Assembly: GCA_963717145.1 (NCBI GenBank)
Contig: OY970325.1
Location: forward strand, 4,320,001-4,384,000
Reading direction: 5' to 3'
From: an uncultured Armatimonadetes bacterium
Lineage (GTDB): Bacteria > Armatimonadota > UBA5829 > DTJY01
Length of the DNA stretch: 64,000 nt
The position numbers and the translations under genes were made by a program. The notes beneath the pieces are model-generated. The model made no database searches and was not told where the DNA came from. It saw only the letters and a list, made by a program, of their open reading frames with translations. Positions 18,885 to 29,701 of this stretch are shown piece after piece (the first letter of the stretch is position 1; every line of letters begins with the position of its first letter).

Positions 18885-20713
18885 TCCAGGAGGATGATAT
18901 CGGAGTCGTTGCGCACCAGGATCAGCGAGGCCACGCCGCTACCGGCTGGTCCAATGGAACAGATGCCGGTAATGCGCACGAACCTGTCAACCGGGGGTGC
19001 AGTGATCTCAGGCGGAAGGTCCAGTACGATGCTGTCCGAACCGTCGTAGATGACAGCGTCGACGCCGCTCACTGCTGTTGGTATGACGCGTCCCCAGACT
19101 CTGACCAGCAGGCCGACGTTGTTCGGGCCGACGCCGGTCTTGCCAATCTGTCCCGACGCCGGTGGCCCGGCGTGATACTCGAAGTCGGCGCCAACGAGCG
19201 ATCTAGGTCCCATACCGAGCGGATCGAGGCCCGCCGGGTCGCCGACCGTCACCTTGTCGGCCCGTATCTGGCGCTCGACGCCGTTCCTGGTCTCCAGGAA
19301 GCCTGAGACGGATACCGCATGATTCGTCGGTACACTGCCCTCCCACGCTACTCGGATGCCCGCGACTCGATCCTGCTGCTCGATGTAGAAGAAGCCATCG
19401 AATGCCGTGCTGATCACCACGTTCGAGATGCCGACCCGCTCCCCGTCGCACTCCCGCTTGATTTCCACGATGCTATCGAAGGATGGGGCCGGACCATACT
19501 CGTACGCCCCCACATCGAAGCCTCCGCCCTGCGGCCGCAGAACGCCGTCCAGGTCATCCGTTGGCGCGGATACGTCCGTTCCCTTGTCGATGCAGCCCGA
19601 GATAGGCAAGAGGTGATAGTTGCTGAGCGCCATCTGGACAAACAGAGGATCCTTAGTGAGATTCTCGTTCCCCGCCGACGGATCCCAGGCGATCGGATCG
19701 AACGGCTGCGCTCCGTTCTGCCAGAAGTCGGAGTAGACAAACGACGGGTTGGACGCGGCATTCTTGTACGCTCCGCCGCCGATCGGCGACGTACCGAATG
19801 CCACGATCGTATTTCGAAAAGCAGGGCTGGAGGTGACCAGGTAGATGTTCCCGCCGGTCGAAGCGGCGGAATTGGCGGCGATCGTGCAGTTCGTGAACGA
19901 TGGCGACGACATGCTGCAGTATACTCCGGCTTCCATCGGCGCGGAGTTCTCCGCGATCAAGCAGTTCTCGACCGAGGCGGTGGGCCCACTCGACAGGAAC
20001 GATATTCCGCCTCCGCGAGCACTTGCCCCGGTGGCCTCGTTGCCGGTCACAACGCAGCGCTTGATAGTGGGGGATGCGGAGTTGCAGAAGATGCCGGCGT
20101 ATTGAACTGCGGAATTGTTGGCGATAGTGCAGCCGATGATGCTCGCGTTCCCACCGATATAGCAATAGACGCCCTTGTCGGTGTTCTCAGTGATCTCACA
20201 GTCGACGATGGTGGGTGATGACTGATAGCAGTAGACGCCCGAGCCTTTGTTGCCCGTGATCCTGCAGTTCGAGATCGTGGGCGAGACGTAGGAGCAGTAG
20301 ACCCCGCTGCCGTTGGACTTGCCGTTCGTGATGGTGAAACCGTCCATGACGGCGTTGTTCGCCCCATTCACGACGCTTCCCACCTGCCCGCCGTCGATGA
20401 TCGTCTCATTCGCCGCCGGAGATCGCTCAAAGCGGTCGGCTTCAGTGCCGATGAAGCCTCCGTAGAGGTGTCTCCCTGCGCGGAGGATCACATTCTCGGC
20501 GTACGTGCCTGTGGCGACCCAGACCTCGCTGTTGGAGTCCGAGGCGGCATCCAGGCCATTCTGGACGCGCTGGAAGGCAGTCGCCCAGGTGAGGCCGTCG
20601 CCTCCCGATGGCGCATTACAATCGACGAACACCGCGGCGGTGGCGGCTGAGACGCACAGAAGCAGGGTGAATCCGGCCGTCAAGAGTATGCGCAGGTTGC
20701 CTGGCAGTATCAA
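18881..20713 (-). CDS. Secreted right-handed beta-helix protein (DUF1565/choice-of-anchor Q-like) with a C-terminal OB-like module
   Basis: GDGLTWATAF, SPTISNC repeats, DLDGVLRPQGGGFDVGAYEY, FYIEQQDRVAGIRV. Confidence 0.85.
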   Translation of the reverse strand: MILPGNLRILLTAGFTLLLCVSAATAAVFVDCNAPSGGDGLTWATAFQRVQNGLDAASDSNSEVWVATGTYAENVILRAGRHLYGGFIGTEADRFERSPAANETIIDGGQVGSVVNGANNAVMDGFTITNGKSNGSGVYCSYVSPTISNCRITGNKGSGVYCYQSSPTIVDCEITENTDKGVYCYIGGNASIIGCTIANNSAVQYAGIFCNSASPTIKRCVVTGNEATGASARGGGISFLSSGPTASVENCLIAENSAPMEAGVYCSMSSPSFTNCTIAANSAASTGGNIYLVTSSPAFRNTIVAFGTSPIGGGAYKNAASNPSFVYSDFWQNGAQPFDPIAWDPSAGNENLTKDPLFVQMALSNYHLLPISGCIDKGTDVSAPTDDLDGVLRPQGGGFDVGAYEYGPAPSFDSIVEIKRECDGERVGISNVVISTAFDGFFYIEQQDRVAGIRVAWEGSVPTNHAVSVSGFLETRNGVERQIRADKVTVGDPAGLDPLGMGPRSLVGADFEYHAGPPASGQIGKTGVGPNNVGLLVRVWGRVIPTAVSGVDAVIYDGSDSIVLDLPPEITAPPVDRFVRITGICSIGPAGSGVASLILVRNDSDIILLD

Positions 20714-20801
20714 CGTGATTCCTCCTTTGCCCGTAAGAGTTCACTATCGTCAGGCTGGAGCACATCGAGGCAGGTCCCGGGGGTTGGGGAGACCAGGTAT
20801 T

Positions 20802-20830
20802 ATTATAGCTGTTTGCCGCCAATAAGTCAA
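20802..20830 (-). promoter_or_regulatory. Sigma70 promoter
   Basis: TTGACT-17-TATAAT on the minus strand. Confidence 0.75.
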
Positions 20831-21007
20831 CACGAAACTTGCTTGATAGCATCTGTCATTCGGGGCAGGTCACTGCCCCGCAAGCGCGATCTCCAGACGA
20901 CTCCGTCGTCGGTCGCCGGCCCCGACGACGGAGTCGTCTGGGGATCGTGTCTTCTTGGAGTTACAACTGTGCTTGGGAGGCTGTATTGCGCTGCTGAGAA
21001 AGCCCCC

Positions 21008-21122
21008 ACCGTCAGTCCTGAGTTCGCCGGTGAATGACGGCGTGTAACGAAGGACGGCTCGGTGCAGCAAGGCCGTCCTTCGTTACACGCCGTCATTCAC
21101 CGGCGAACTCAGGACTGACGGT
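21008..21122. repeat. CGTC-type REP inverted pair
   Basis: ccgtcagtcctgagt...gtaacgaaggacggc / gccgtccttcgttac...actcaggactgacgg. A sibling lies at 60221-60311. Confidence 0.9.
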
Positions 21123-21230
21123 AGTTTCTCGCGAAAACAACTGCGAGAGGGATGCAGTGATCCTCTCAGATTGACAGCCGGTTGGTCGCAGTATGGATTT
21201 CCTCGGAGATTTTTCGCGCGAAGTTGGCGA

Positions 21231-21247
21231 TTGGCACGGAACTTGCA
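21231..21247 (+). promoter_or_regulatory. Sigma54 -24/-12 promoter
   Basis: TTGGCACGGAACTTGCA matches the YTGGCACG-N4-TTGCW consensus. Confidence 0.8.
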
Positions 21248-21257
21248 GGTATTCCTA

Positions 21258-21365
21258 CCGGTAAGCAACATCTCTTTCTCCAATCTTACCACGTTTACGT
21301 GCCCGGCATGGCTAGGTCCTGTGGCACGCAGGCCCGTTGGCTCAATAACCCAGCGGGCTTTTTTT
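21258..21365 (+). ncRNA. Candidate sigma54-dependent small RNA
   Basis: About 105 nt between the sigma54 promoter and an intrinsic terminator, with no credible ORF. Confidence 0.55.
21332..21365 (+). terminator. Intrinsic terminator
   Basis: gcccgttgg-loop-ccagcgggc followed by a T7 tract. Confidence 0.8.
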
Positions 21366-21380
21366 CGTCTCCGCCAAGGT

Positions 21381-21409
21381 TTGACATCAGGGCGTTTATC
21401 CGGTATCAT
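21381..21409 (+). promoter_or_regulatory. Sigma70 promoter for bioY
   Basis: TTGACA-17-TATCAT. Confidence 0.75.
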
Positions 21410-21452
21410 CCCGGAAGAGTAGTCGAAAGTTGAGACCCCACCTGGAGGACAA

Positions 21453-22065
21453 ATGGCCGGCGATGTAAGAGGATACGCATACCCGAGAACCCGGGTTCAA
21501 AGTAACATCATCAAGTCACTGATGTTTGCGGGTGTCACCGCCGTGAGCGCCCAGATCGCAATCCCCCTGGGATTCACCCCCGTGCCGATCACACTCCAGG
21601 TTTTCGGCGTGCTGCTGTCAGGATTGGTGCTCGGCAGCCGATGGGGCGCCATCAGCCAAATGCAGTACCTGGCGCTCGGCGCGATGGGATTCCCGGTCTT
21701 CGCCGGATTGTCGGGCGGACCGACCGCCTTCTTTGGGCCGTTCGGCGGGCTATCTCGTCGGCTTTGTACCCGGGGCGTTCATCGTGGGATGGGCGTTCGA
21801 GCGGATGGGGGCCGGAAGTCGCTTCGGCGCATGGGTTGCCGGGATCGCAGGTGTCTGCGCCATCTATCTCTGCGGCGCATCATGGCTGGCGGTCTGGTTG
21901 TCGATGTTCTCCTCGAAGGGCCTCACGCTCCATGCCGTCTGGGCGCTGGGAATCGCGCCGTTCATCGGGGTCGATCTGCTGAAGGCGATCGCGGCTTCCG
22001 GGTTGGCCGTCGGGGGGCGCGCCGGCCGCGGGCTGATCCGCTCGTTTGGCGCGTTCGAGCATTGA
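21453..22065 (+). CDS. bioY: Biotin transporter BioY, frameshifted near 21745
   Basis: PVPITLQVFGVLLSGLVLG and GFPVFAG, then GYLVGFV...PFIGVDLLKA in another frame. Confidence 0.88.
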
Positions 22066-22493
22066 GACTCCGCGGTCATCACATTCTCTGCCTTCACGGC
22101 TGGCGGGGAATCGGCTACAGCGCGGATTTCACCGCCAACATGCACTCCATCTGCGACCGCCTGAAATCATCGCCGGATATGCTCGTACAGGTTCTCGATT
22201 CGCCCGACGATATCTGTGCCTCGTGCCCTCATGTGTCGAATGCGCGATGTGTTAGGAGTGGGGACGAGAGCGAGGACCGCATCAGCCGCAAGGACGCAGC
22301 CATCCTGCATATCCTCGACCTTGCACCCGGCGACCGGTTGACCGCCAGGGAGCTGTTCACGCTTGCTTCCGAGCGGTTTGGGGAGGACGGGCTCAGGGGT
22401 GTCTGCGGGTCATGCCGGTGGTTCGGCTTCGGATGGTGCGAGCAGGGCATCCGCGACCGAGTGATGCTTCGGGGGCCGGCGGATACCACCTGA
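22062..22493 (+). CDS. DUF1284 domain protein
   Basis: LRGHHILCLHGWRGIGYS..F..NM, PDDICASCP, VCGSCRW..C. The TTG start overlaps the bioY stop. Confidence 0.88.
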   Translation: MRLRGHHILCLHGWRGIGYSADFTANMHSICDRLKSSPDMLVQVLDSPDDICASCPHVSNARCVRSGDESEDRISRKDAAILHILDLAPGDRLTARELFTLASERFGEDGLRGVCGSCRWFGFGWCEQGIRDRVMLRGPADTT

Positions 22494-22499
22494 AGGCTG

Positions 22500-23591
22500 C
22501 TATGGCGCGTCCGGCTTCTGTTCCGGGAGGGGACTCGCATTGTCGCTCGGTAACACAGGCTCGGGCAGTGCGAGCGGCACGTCCGTCATCGTCGGAGTCG
22601 GTTCGTATGTCGGGATCGAAAGCTCGAGCGGATTCGCCACCGGTTCTCCTGACGAAGCATGCACCAGCACGACCTTGTTCCTCGGCCTCATGACATCCCT
22701 GCTGATCAACTCGTGCGCCACGACCTTGCAGTCCTGCCTGGTGATCCGCACGATTGTGACGGAGTAGCCCGGCTTGCCCTTTGTTTCGACGACGGGCTCG
22801 CCCTCTGGGACGGTCGCGTCTTCCTTCTGCGTCACATCATACGCGATCGGCTCGAAACCCTCGGCGGCAATCTCGATCTCGCGGCCCGGCTGCTTCCTGC
22901 CGTAGAATGCCACTACCAGTTTGCCATCTGATACTATCGAGCGGATGAGCACGACTCCGCCGGTATTGTTCTTGAACTGGAGATCGAGCGCTCCATAAGC
23001 GACGGCACTGTCGCGACCGGGATCCGCATAGGCCACTGGGCCTGAGTGCGGATGGCGCTCGATGATCTTCATACCCGTCTCGAGCGCCACGTTGTAGAGG
23101 ACAGTCGCTGTAATGCATATCCCGCCGCCGACCCCGCTGACCAGTTGCCCGCTCGAGTACATCAGCCCCGATTGGTAGCCGCGTTCGGTCGTGCGGATTC
23201 CGACGATCTTGTTGAATGAAAACGTCTCGTTCCGATGGAGAACCGTGAAATCCACCGCTTCAGCCGAGAGGTGGACATTGATGGCCGATTCGTCATCCCG
23301 CCCTGTCAGATCGAGCACCCGAACGCCGAGCAGCGCGGTCGCCTCAGGTGTGAATGCCTTCTCCAGGACGGCATCGCGGGCCTCGCCCGATACCGGAATG
23401 GCTTGCTGCCCGGAGATCCCGGGGAGACCCACGGCTGTTCTCGCCGAGATCGGAGTTGTCTCCATGCCTGCCAGGGGAGCAGTCGCCAACTCGTAGGCAA
23501 CGAGTCCGCCGACTGCCAGAATCGAAGCCGCATATAGCAGAAAACCTCTTCTCACCGAAGCCTCCGGATGCAGTTCTACCTGTGCCGACAT
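22500..23591 (-). CDS. VanW-family protein with a G5-like C-terminus
   Basis: FSFNKIVG, GGGICITATVLYN, ERHPHS, GRDSAV, DLQFKN. Confidence 0.88.
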   Translation of the reverse strand: MSAQVELHPEASVRRGFLLYAASILAVGGLVAYELATAPLAGMETTPISARTAVGLPGISGQQAIPVSGEARDAVLEKAFTPEATALLGVRVLDLTGRDDESAINVHLSAEAVDFTVLHRNETFSFNKIVGIRTTERGYQSGLMYSSGQLVSGVGGGICITATVLYNVALETGMKIIERHPHSGPVAYADPGRDSAVAYGALDLQFKNNTGGVVLIRSIVSDGKLVVAFYGRKQPGREIEIAAEGFEPIAYDVTQKEDATVPEGEPVVETKGKPGYSVTIVRITRQDCKVVAHELISRDVMRPRNKVVLVHASSGEPVANPLELSIPTYEPTPTMTDVPLALPEPVLPSDNASPLPEQKPDAP

Positions 23592-23688
23592 GCTGCCGAC
23601 GGCACACAACGAAAGTATTGTACCACATTCCCCGGTAATTTTGCCAGGCTCCGTCACGAAAAGGTCACAAAAAGGTGAATGATTTGAC

Positions 23689-25050
23689 CGTGTTGCCTCA
23701 TTTAACTTTGTTACCGAAACGCCATTCGTTGCGTCATTGATAATGTTACCAAGTAGTGTGTTCAAGTATGTCAGATCGGCTCTTGATCGCCGCTCAGGGC
23801 CGCGCCTTGCTCGCTTTCGATCTGTCTTTATTCGGCATCCTGTCAAGCTTTGATGATAGCCTGTGGATGCGTCTTAGTAGCTCCACCGGGTTCGTCGCTC
23901 TACGTTCTTTATCGAGGCGATCCTTTGCTTCATCGTCAAGCCATCCTTCAACACTTATCAGCTTGCGGTACGGCGTCATCGCAGGCTCATAGCGTTTGAT
24001 CACTTTACTCCCAATCCGCTCCTTTTCTTTAAGACGCATCATGGGCTGACAGAAGTTGTGATACGCCACGATCAGCGGATATATCGCCTTTAGTACCGCA
24101 AGCTGCTCGTCCGTCTCGAATCGCCGGTAACCTATAAACTGCCGGACTACGCTCCAGTTCTTCTGCTCTACATGACATTGATCGTTCTTCTTGTAAGGCC
24201 GACTGCGCGTAAACGTGATCCTGTGCGCTCGACAGTACTTGTTCATGTGATGGTTGATGAACTCGCCGCCGTTGTCGGTATCTATGCCTCTGACTGCAAA
24301 CGGTGCGCTCTTGGACGCGGACTGCACCGCAAGCACGGTTCCGTGCTCCCCTCGGCCTTTCATTCCATCAAGCGCTACCCATCCGGTCGCTACATCAGTC
24401 ATAGTCAAAGTATACAGGAACTCTCCGCTCCCGTCACCTCCGCAATGACCCACCAAGTCCATCTCGAAGAACCCAGGCTCAGCTTCATCCCAGTCGGCAA
24501 ACGTCCTCACCGGGATCTGAGACCGAAGCAGTGTCCCCGGCTTTGTTAAGGTCCTCCCTGTTAGCGATAGGGCAGACCGCTCCTTCTTCATCAACCTGTC
24601 GATGCTCGACGCGCTGATCGAGTTAAGCAGCCTCTCTTCTTCTGGTGTAACCGTTATCTCCCCGAATGACTCCAGTATGGGTAGAAACTCAGTCAGAAAC
24701 GGCTGCAGACGCTTACCGCACGCGTAGAAACTCGCAGCCCAGAGTGTCTTCAGCTTGTGGGCTATCGGCTCGTATTTCGACTTCCTTGCGCGTCTCACTG
24801 GACTCCTCGCTGGTGGAACTCCTTTCGCGAACAGCCTCACCAGCGACTTCCTGTGGTAACCGGTCAATCCCTGGACTTCACTCAATACCAGCTTCTTCTC
24901 CGATTTGGTGGCTTTGCCATATTCTTTGCGTTTGCGCCTCACGACTTCTCTTACGGATGCAGTTGTCATCTTCTCCATGCCTCAGTTTCGGTAACATTCT
25001 TATCTGAGGCAACGTTTCCGTTTCGGTAACATCGTTCGTGAAGCAATTCG
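23689..25050 (-). mobile_element. IS with an rve/DDE transposase (ISNCY/IS481-like) and doubled subterminal inverted motifs
   Basis: The motif GGTAACA-N7/8-TGA(G/C/A)GCAA occurs twice at each end (23689-23715, 23727-23750; 24990-25014, 25025-25050). Confidence 0.75.
23794..24978 (-). CDS. DDE integrase-core transposase
   Basis: TGYHRK, EMDLVGHCGG, IDTDNGGEFIN, RSRPYKKNDQCHVEQKN. Confidence 0.9.
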   Translation of the reverse strand: MEKMTTASVREVVRRKRKEYGKATKSEKKLVLSEVQGLTGYHRKSLVRLFAKGVPPARSPVRRARKSKYEPIAHKLKTLWAASFYACGKRLQPFLTEFLPILESFGEITVTPEEERLLNSISASSIDRLMKKERSALSLTGRTLTKPGTLLRSQIPVRTFADWDEAEPGFFEMDLVGHCGGDGSGEFLYTLTMTDVATGWVALDGMKGRGEHGTVLAVQSASKSAPFAVRGIDTDNGGEFINHHMNKYCRAHRITFTRSRPYKKNDQCHVEQKNWSVVRQFIGYRRFETDEQLAVLKAIYPLIVAYHNFCQPMMRLKEKERIGSKVIKRYEPAMTPYRKLISVEGWLDDEAKDRLDKERRATNPVELLRRIHRLSSKLDRMPNKDRSKASKARP

Positions 25051-25055
25051 ATGAC

Positions 25056-25084
25056 TTGAAATCCTTACTCCATTCTGCTAGAAT
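25056..25084 (+). promoter_or_regulatory. Sigma70 promoter with an extended -10
   Basis: TTGAAA-17-TAGAAT, with TGC directly before the -10. Confidence 0.65.
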
Positions 25085-25198
25085 GCTCCCCGGAGGACAG
25101 GCGGCCGCAATGGTGCCTCTGACCGCGCCGTATTGTCTGCACCACCTGCGATACAGCGTCGGCATGGGTTCCTAGTGCATTTGCACCTAAGCCTGGTC

Positions 25199-26237
25199 AT
25201 GAAAACCGTGCCTGGACAGAACACACCACTCGGATTCCTGCCTGGCGAAGTGGACGTTGGCGCCCACTGCATGTTCATCTACCCCAAGAGAGACGCCGTC
25301 TACTGCGACCGCGTTGCCGCCTATATCAAGGCGGGTCTCGATGTCGGCGAGATGTGCGTCTGCGCCTCCCCGGTGGCTGTCGATTCGATGCTGGGTCACA
25401 TGCAGTCACTCGGTGTGGACACCGAGTATGCCGTGAGGACCGGGCAACTTGGCGTCTACGATTCCTCCAAGGTCTACGTTCACGAGGGTGTTCTTGATCT
25501 CCGCCGAACGATGGCCTTCTGGGCGCAGAGGATCGAGGCCGCCGGTAAGCAGTGGAACGGCATACGCATCTTTGGTGAGCCCAGTCATGGGTCTGGATAG
25601 CCGTACCATGCGCCTCAAGTTGCTGGAATACGAATCGAGGGTGAATTTGTCCTCATCGCGGATCAATATGGCGCTCTGTGGCTACGAGTCGAGCACCACT
25701 CCGCGCGCCCTGCTGGTACAGATGAAGAGCCTGCATCCGTTCCTCGCCAGTGTTCGGAGTCTAAAGACCAACCGCGGGTATGTCGAGCCGGGCCGCTTCT
25801 TCACGACGTTCTACCGGTTCCAGCGTGTCTCCAGGACCTACCCGGCCGGCGCACAATACGCGACGGAATGTCGCCGGCACTTCGAGGAACTCGCCGCTCG
25901 CACACCGATGACGATGCCGGAGATCGAGGACATGAAGTTGGCGCTGGGTGAGGCGTTCACCAATGCCCTGGAGCATGGATGCGCAGGATTGGCCCAGGAA
26001 CGATGTCATGTCCACGTCGGTTTCTTCCCACAGACCACCGGCTTCACGATAGAGGTTCGCGACCACGGCCGGGGATGTCCGTCACCCGCCGAGGATGGTC
26101 TCTCCGAACCGTCCGGACTCCATGGCAGGGGAATCCTTCTCATGCGCAACCTCGTGTCCGATATGGGCATCGAGCGCAGGAAAAACAGCACGGTGGTCAC
26201 GCTCCATACGGCATACTCCTCCCCCTTTGCGAACTGA
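25199..26237 (+). CDS. MEDS sensor domain plus RsbW-like HATPase (anti-sigma factor), frameshifted near 25580
   Basis: GAHCMFIY...IRIFGE, then LLEYESRVN..ALCGY, ALGEAFTNALEHG, VRDHGRG, GRGILLM. Confidence 0.82.
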
Positions 26238-26360
26238 CCGCTGAGCCGCCGCTGGTTCCGGCCTCAATCCCGGTAAACTCCACAGGTAAGCCTCCATCAC
26301 AGACTCCCCGATAATGGCTAATGGAAATGCCCCGAGGGCTTCTTGTGAGGAGGTCGTTCA

Positions 26361-26540
26361 ATGTCTGAGTGCAATTTCTGGTGGAGAGCGGGCGACGTAC
26401 AGTGGTGCGATATGGTCGGCGAACTATGTCAGTGCTCGGGCTGGGACGAGAAATGCGATATGAAGCGCCGGCAGAGCCAGGCCGTCAAGGCGAAGCACCT
26501 GGCGAAAGTGCGAGCCAGCCGCGAGGACGATGACGACTAG
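26361..26540 (+). CDS. Small Cys/Trp-rich protein (59 aa), not in the ORF track
   Basis: GAGGAGGT RBS. MSECNFWWRAGDVQWCDMVGELCQCSGWDEKCDMKRRQSQAVKAKHLAKVRASREDDDD. Confidence 0.75.
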   Translation: MSECNFWWRAGDVQWCDMVGELCQCSGWDEKCDMKRRQSQAVKAKHLAKVRASREDDDD

Positions 26541-26552
26541 ACGGCAGTCCGG

Positions 26553-27209
26553 TCACTCGAGCATCCCCAGCCGAAGCTCGTGTCCGTCGAGCGACTCATC
26601 GACGCCCTGAGCCAGCCGCAGGAAGTCCGACACGACTCCCGCAAGGGCAGGCGGCGTGCATCGGGCGCCGGCCAGTTCCAGAGGGTGGAACATCAACTGC
26701 AGTGGGACCGGCCCATGCGGCGGGATCGGTGGCTGATGGTAATCATATCCCTCGATCAGTCGCGCGCCGAGCCGCTGGTAGAACCGTATTCGCCTGAGCG
26801 GGTCTCCGTATAACGGGTGTGCCTCCGTGGTCAGCCTCTCGACCTCGAAGATCATCCCCTTGAGGCTCATACCCAGGTCGCTCGCATCCCGATTGAGTAT
26901 TTCGAGCGACTCCCGATACAGCCTGCCACCCAGGCCCGACCCACGGGTGTCCGGATCCACGCAGATGTACCACAAGTATCCGAGCGACGCCTCCGGAAAC
27001 AGGGCGAAAATGCTTATCCCCGGCACACTGTCGCCGTCCAACGCGACGATCAGCCGCGACAGGCGCTTGCCATTCGGAGACACTAGTTCCTCGCTGATCT
27101 TCTCGAACGGCCGCAGCTCCTCCGGCGGAAACGAAGCCTCGTAGAGCGAGCGTATCTGCCCCATCAGCTCTTCCGAGCCCGTGGTAATCTGACGAATCTC
27201 GATCGGCAA
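26553..27209 (-). CDS. GNAT acetyltransferase
   Basis: LYEASFPPEE, YICVDPDTRGSGLG, RRIRFYQRLG. Confidence 0.88.
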   Translation of the reverse strand: MPIEIRQITTGSEELMGQIRSLYEASFPPEELRPFEKISEELVSPNGKRLSRLIVALDGDSVPGISIFALFPEASLGYLWYICVDPDTRGSGLGGRLYRESLEILNRDASDLGMSLKGMIFEVERLTTEAHPLYGDPLRRIRFYQRLGARLIEGYDYHQPPIPPHGPVPLQLMFHPLELAGARCTPPALAGVVSDFLRLAQGVDESLDGHELRLGMLE

Positions 27210-27386
27210 TGGGAGAACCTCTAATGCATAATAAGTAATGAGTAACTGGCGGAGTTTGTAAGCAGTCCGGGTTACTTGTTACCTATTAGCCTTTGGAGAC
27301 GCCGATTCCTCCCACTTGGAGTGCGACCCTCACCCCCAACCCCTCTCCCGGAGGGCGAGGGGAGTGCGGGTCCGCACTCCGAAGTC

Positions 27387-27416
27387 TTGACACTCGACGG
27401 TGCAGTCGAGTATCAT
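27387..27416 (+). promoter_or_regulatory. Sigma70 promoter with a palindromic spacer
   Basis: TTGACA-18-TATCAT. The spacer contains ACTCGAC-N6-GTCGAGT. Confidence 0.65.
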
Positions 27417-27465
27417 CTGACCAGTTATAGCCATCTGTGGATCGGCTGAGATGCCGGAGGGAACG

Positions 27466-28398
<933 letters not shown>

Positions 28399-28480
28399 TG
28401 AACGCCCGCCGTCGCGTTCAGACCTGCACGAACGGAACGGGACAGCGCCCGTTCCCTACACCCGTCAGAAAGAAGATAAC

Positions 28481-29701
28481 ATGAGTACCACCGTTTCCAT
28501 CGAGCGCGTGACCGGCCCGGTCAGCGCAGACAGCATCCTCGACGCCGTGCGCCGGGCCGTGAAGTCGGCTGCCGGCAACGAGCCGCTGATCCATCAGGGC
28601 GACACCGTCCTGCTCAAGCCGAACATCTTCTGCCCGAGTCCCGCGCCCCTGACCACCGATCCGCGCGTCGTGGCGGCGATGGTGACCGTCGCCCTCGAAC
28701 TCGGAGCCGGCGACGTGATCGTGGGCGAGGGGAGGAGCATCTCGACCGCCAAGTACCGCAAGGCGAACAACACTACACGCCTCTGCTCCGAGGCGATCGG
28801 GATGACGCAGGCGGTCGAGGCGGCCGGCGGAAGGATGCTTTTCTTCGAGGAGGCCGAGCGGGTCGAGGTCGAAGTCCCCGGCGGACTGGTGCTCAAGAAG
28901 GTGAACGTCCCGAAGATCGCGCTCGATGCCGATGTCTTCATCGACATGCCCGTGCTCAAGATCCACAGCCTCACGTTCGTTACGCTTGGGATCAAGAACC
29001 TGCACGGCGTCATCTCGGACGACGACAAGCTCTTCGGACACAGCTATCCCGCGCTCCCCGAGAAGCTGACCGACTTCCTCCGCGTGCGCAAGCCCGACCT
29101 GACCGTGATGGACGCCGTCGTCGGCTTGGAAGGCGATCATGCCGAGGAGGGCACGCCCGTCCCGATGGGCCTGATCTTTGCGGGCAGGGATGTCGTCGCG
29201 GTCGATGCGGTCGCATGCTCGGTGATCGGCTTCGACCCGATGGAGGTCGATATCAACCGTGTCGCCGCGGAGCAGGGCCTGGGAGTCGCGGACCTCTCGG
29301 CGATCGAGGTGCTAGGCGAGAGCATCGAGAGCGTGCGCAGGCCGTTCAGGCGTCCCGATGTCGTCTTGGACAAGGAGCTGTTCCCCGGCCTGTCGATCAT
29401 CGCCGGCGAGTATTGCCGCTCGTGCGAGTACTACATCCGGCGCGGACTCGATAAGCTGAAGGACGCGGGGTTCTTCGATGGGGAGCCCAAGCTGACGATC
29501 GTCCTGGGCAAGGAGCCGGACGCTCCGGAGGACATTCCGGGCAGGGTTATCATGCTGGGCGACTGCTGTCTCGGCTCGAAGTCGATCGTCCGCCTCCGGA
29601 ACCATCTGCTGCTCGACGGCCGCCTGCAAATGGTCTACTCCTGCCCGCCGATGCAGTTCCGCATCCGCGCGCTGGACATGGTGAAGGACGAGAATCCGTA
29701 G
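28481..29701 (+). CDS. DUF362 Fe-S protein
   Basis: VLLKPN, TDPRVV, PVLKIH, GIKNLHG, DVVAVD. Confidence 0.88.
   Translation: MSTTVSIERVTGPVSADSILDAVRRAVKSAAGNEPLIHQGDTVLLKPNIFCPSPAPLTTDPRVVAAMVTVALELGAGDVIVGEGRSISTAKYRKANNTTRLCSEAIGMTQAVEAAGGRMLFFEEAERVEVEVPGGLVLKKVNVPKIALDADVFIDMPVLKIHSLTFVTLGIKNLHGVISDDDKLFGHSYPALPEKLTDFLRVRKPDLTVMDAVVGLEGDHAEEGTPVPMGLIFAGRDVVAVDAVACSVIGFDPMEVDINRVAAEQGLGVADLSAIEVLGESIESVRRPFRRPDVVLDKELFPGLSIIAGEYCRSCEYYIRRGLDKLKDAGFFDGEPKLTIVLGKEPDAPEDIPGRVIMLGDCCLGSKSIVRLRNHLLLDGRLQMVYSCPPMQFRIRALDMVKDENP

Noticed and set aside
20733-20759. IS66 end remnant (gtaagagttcac...gtcaggctgga)
   Set aside because: The match is short, with no partner end or TSD. It lies within a 5' UTR that resembles another gene's leader, so it remains unresolved.
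21453-22493. BioY-DUF1284 fusion protein
   Set aside because: It is an artefact of the bioY frameshift. DUF1284 has its own TTG start at 22062.
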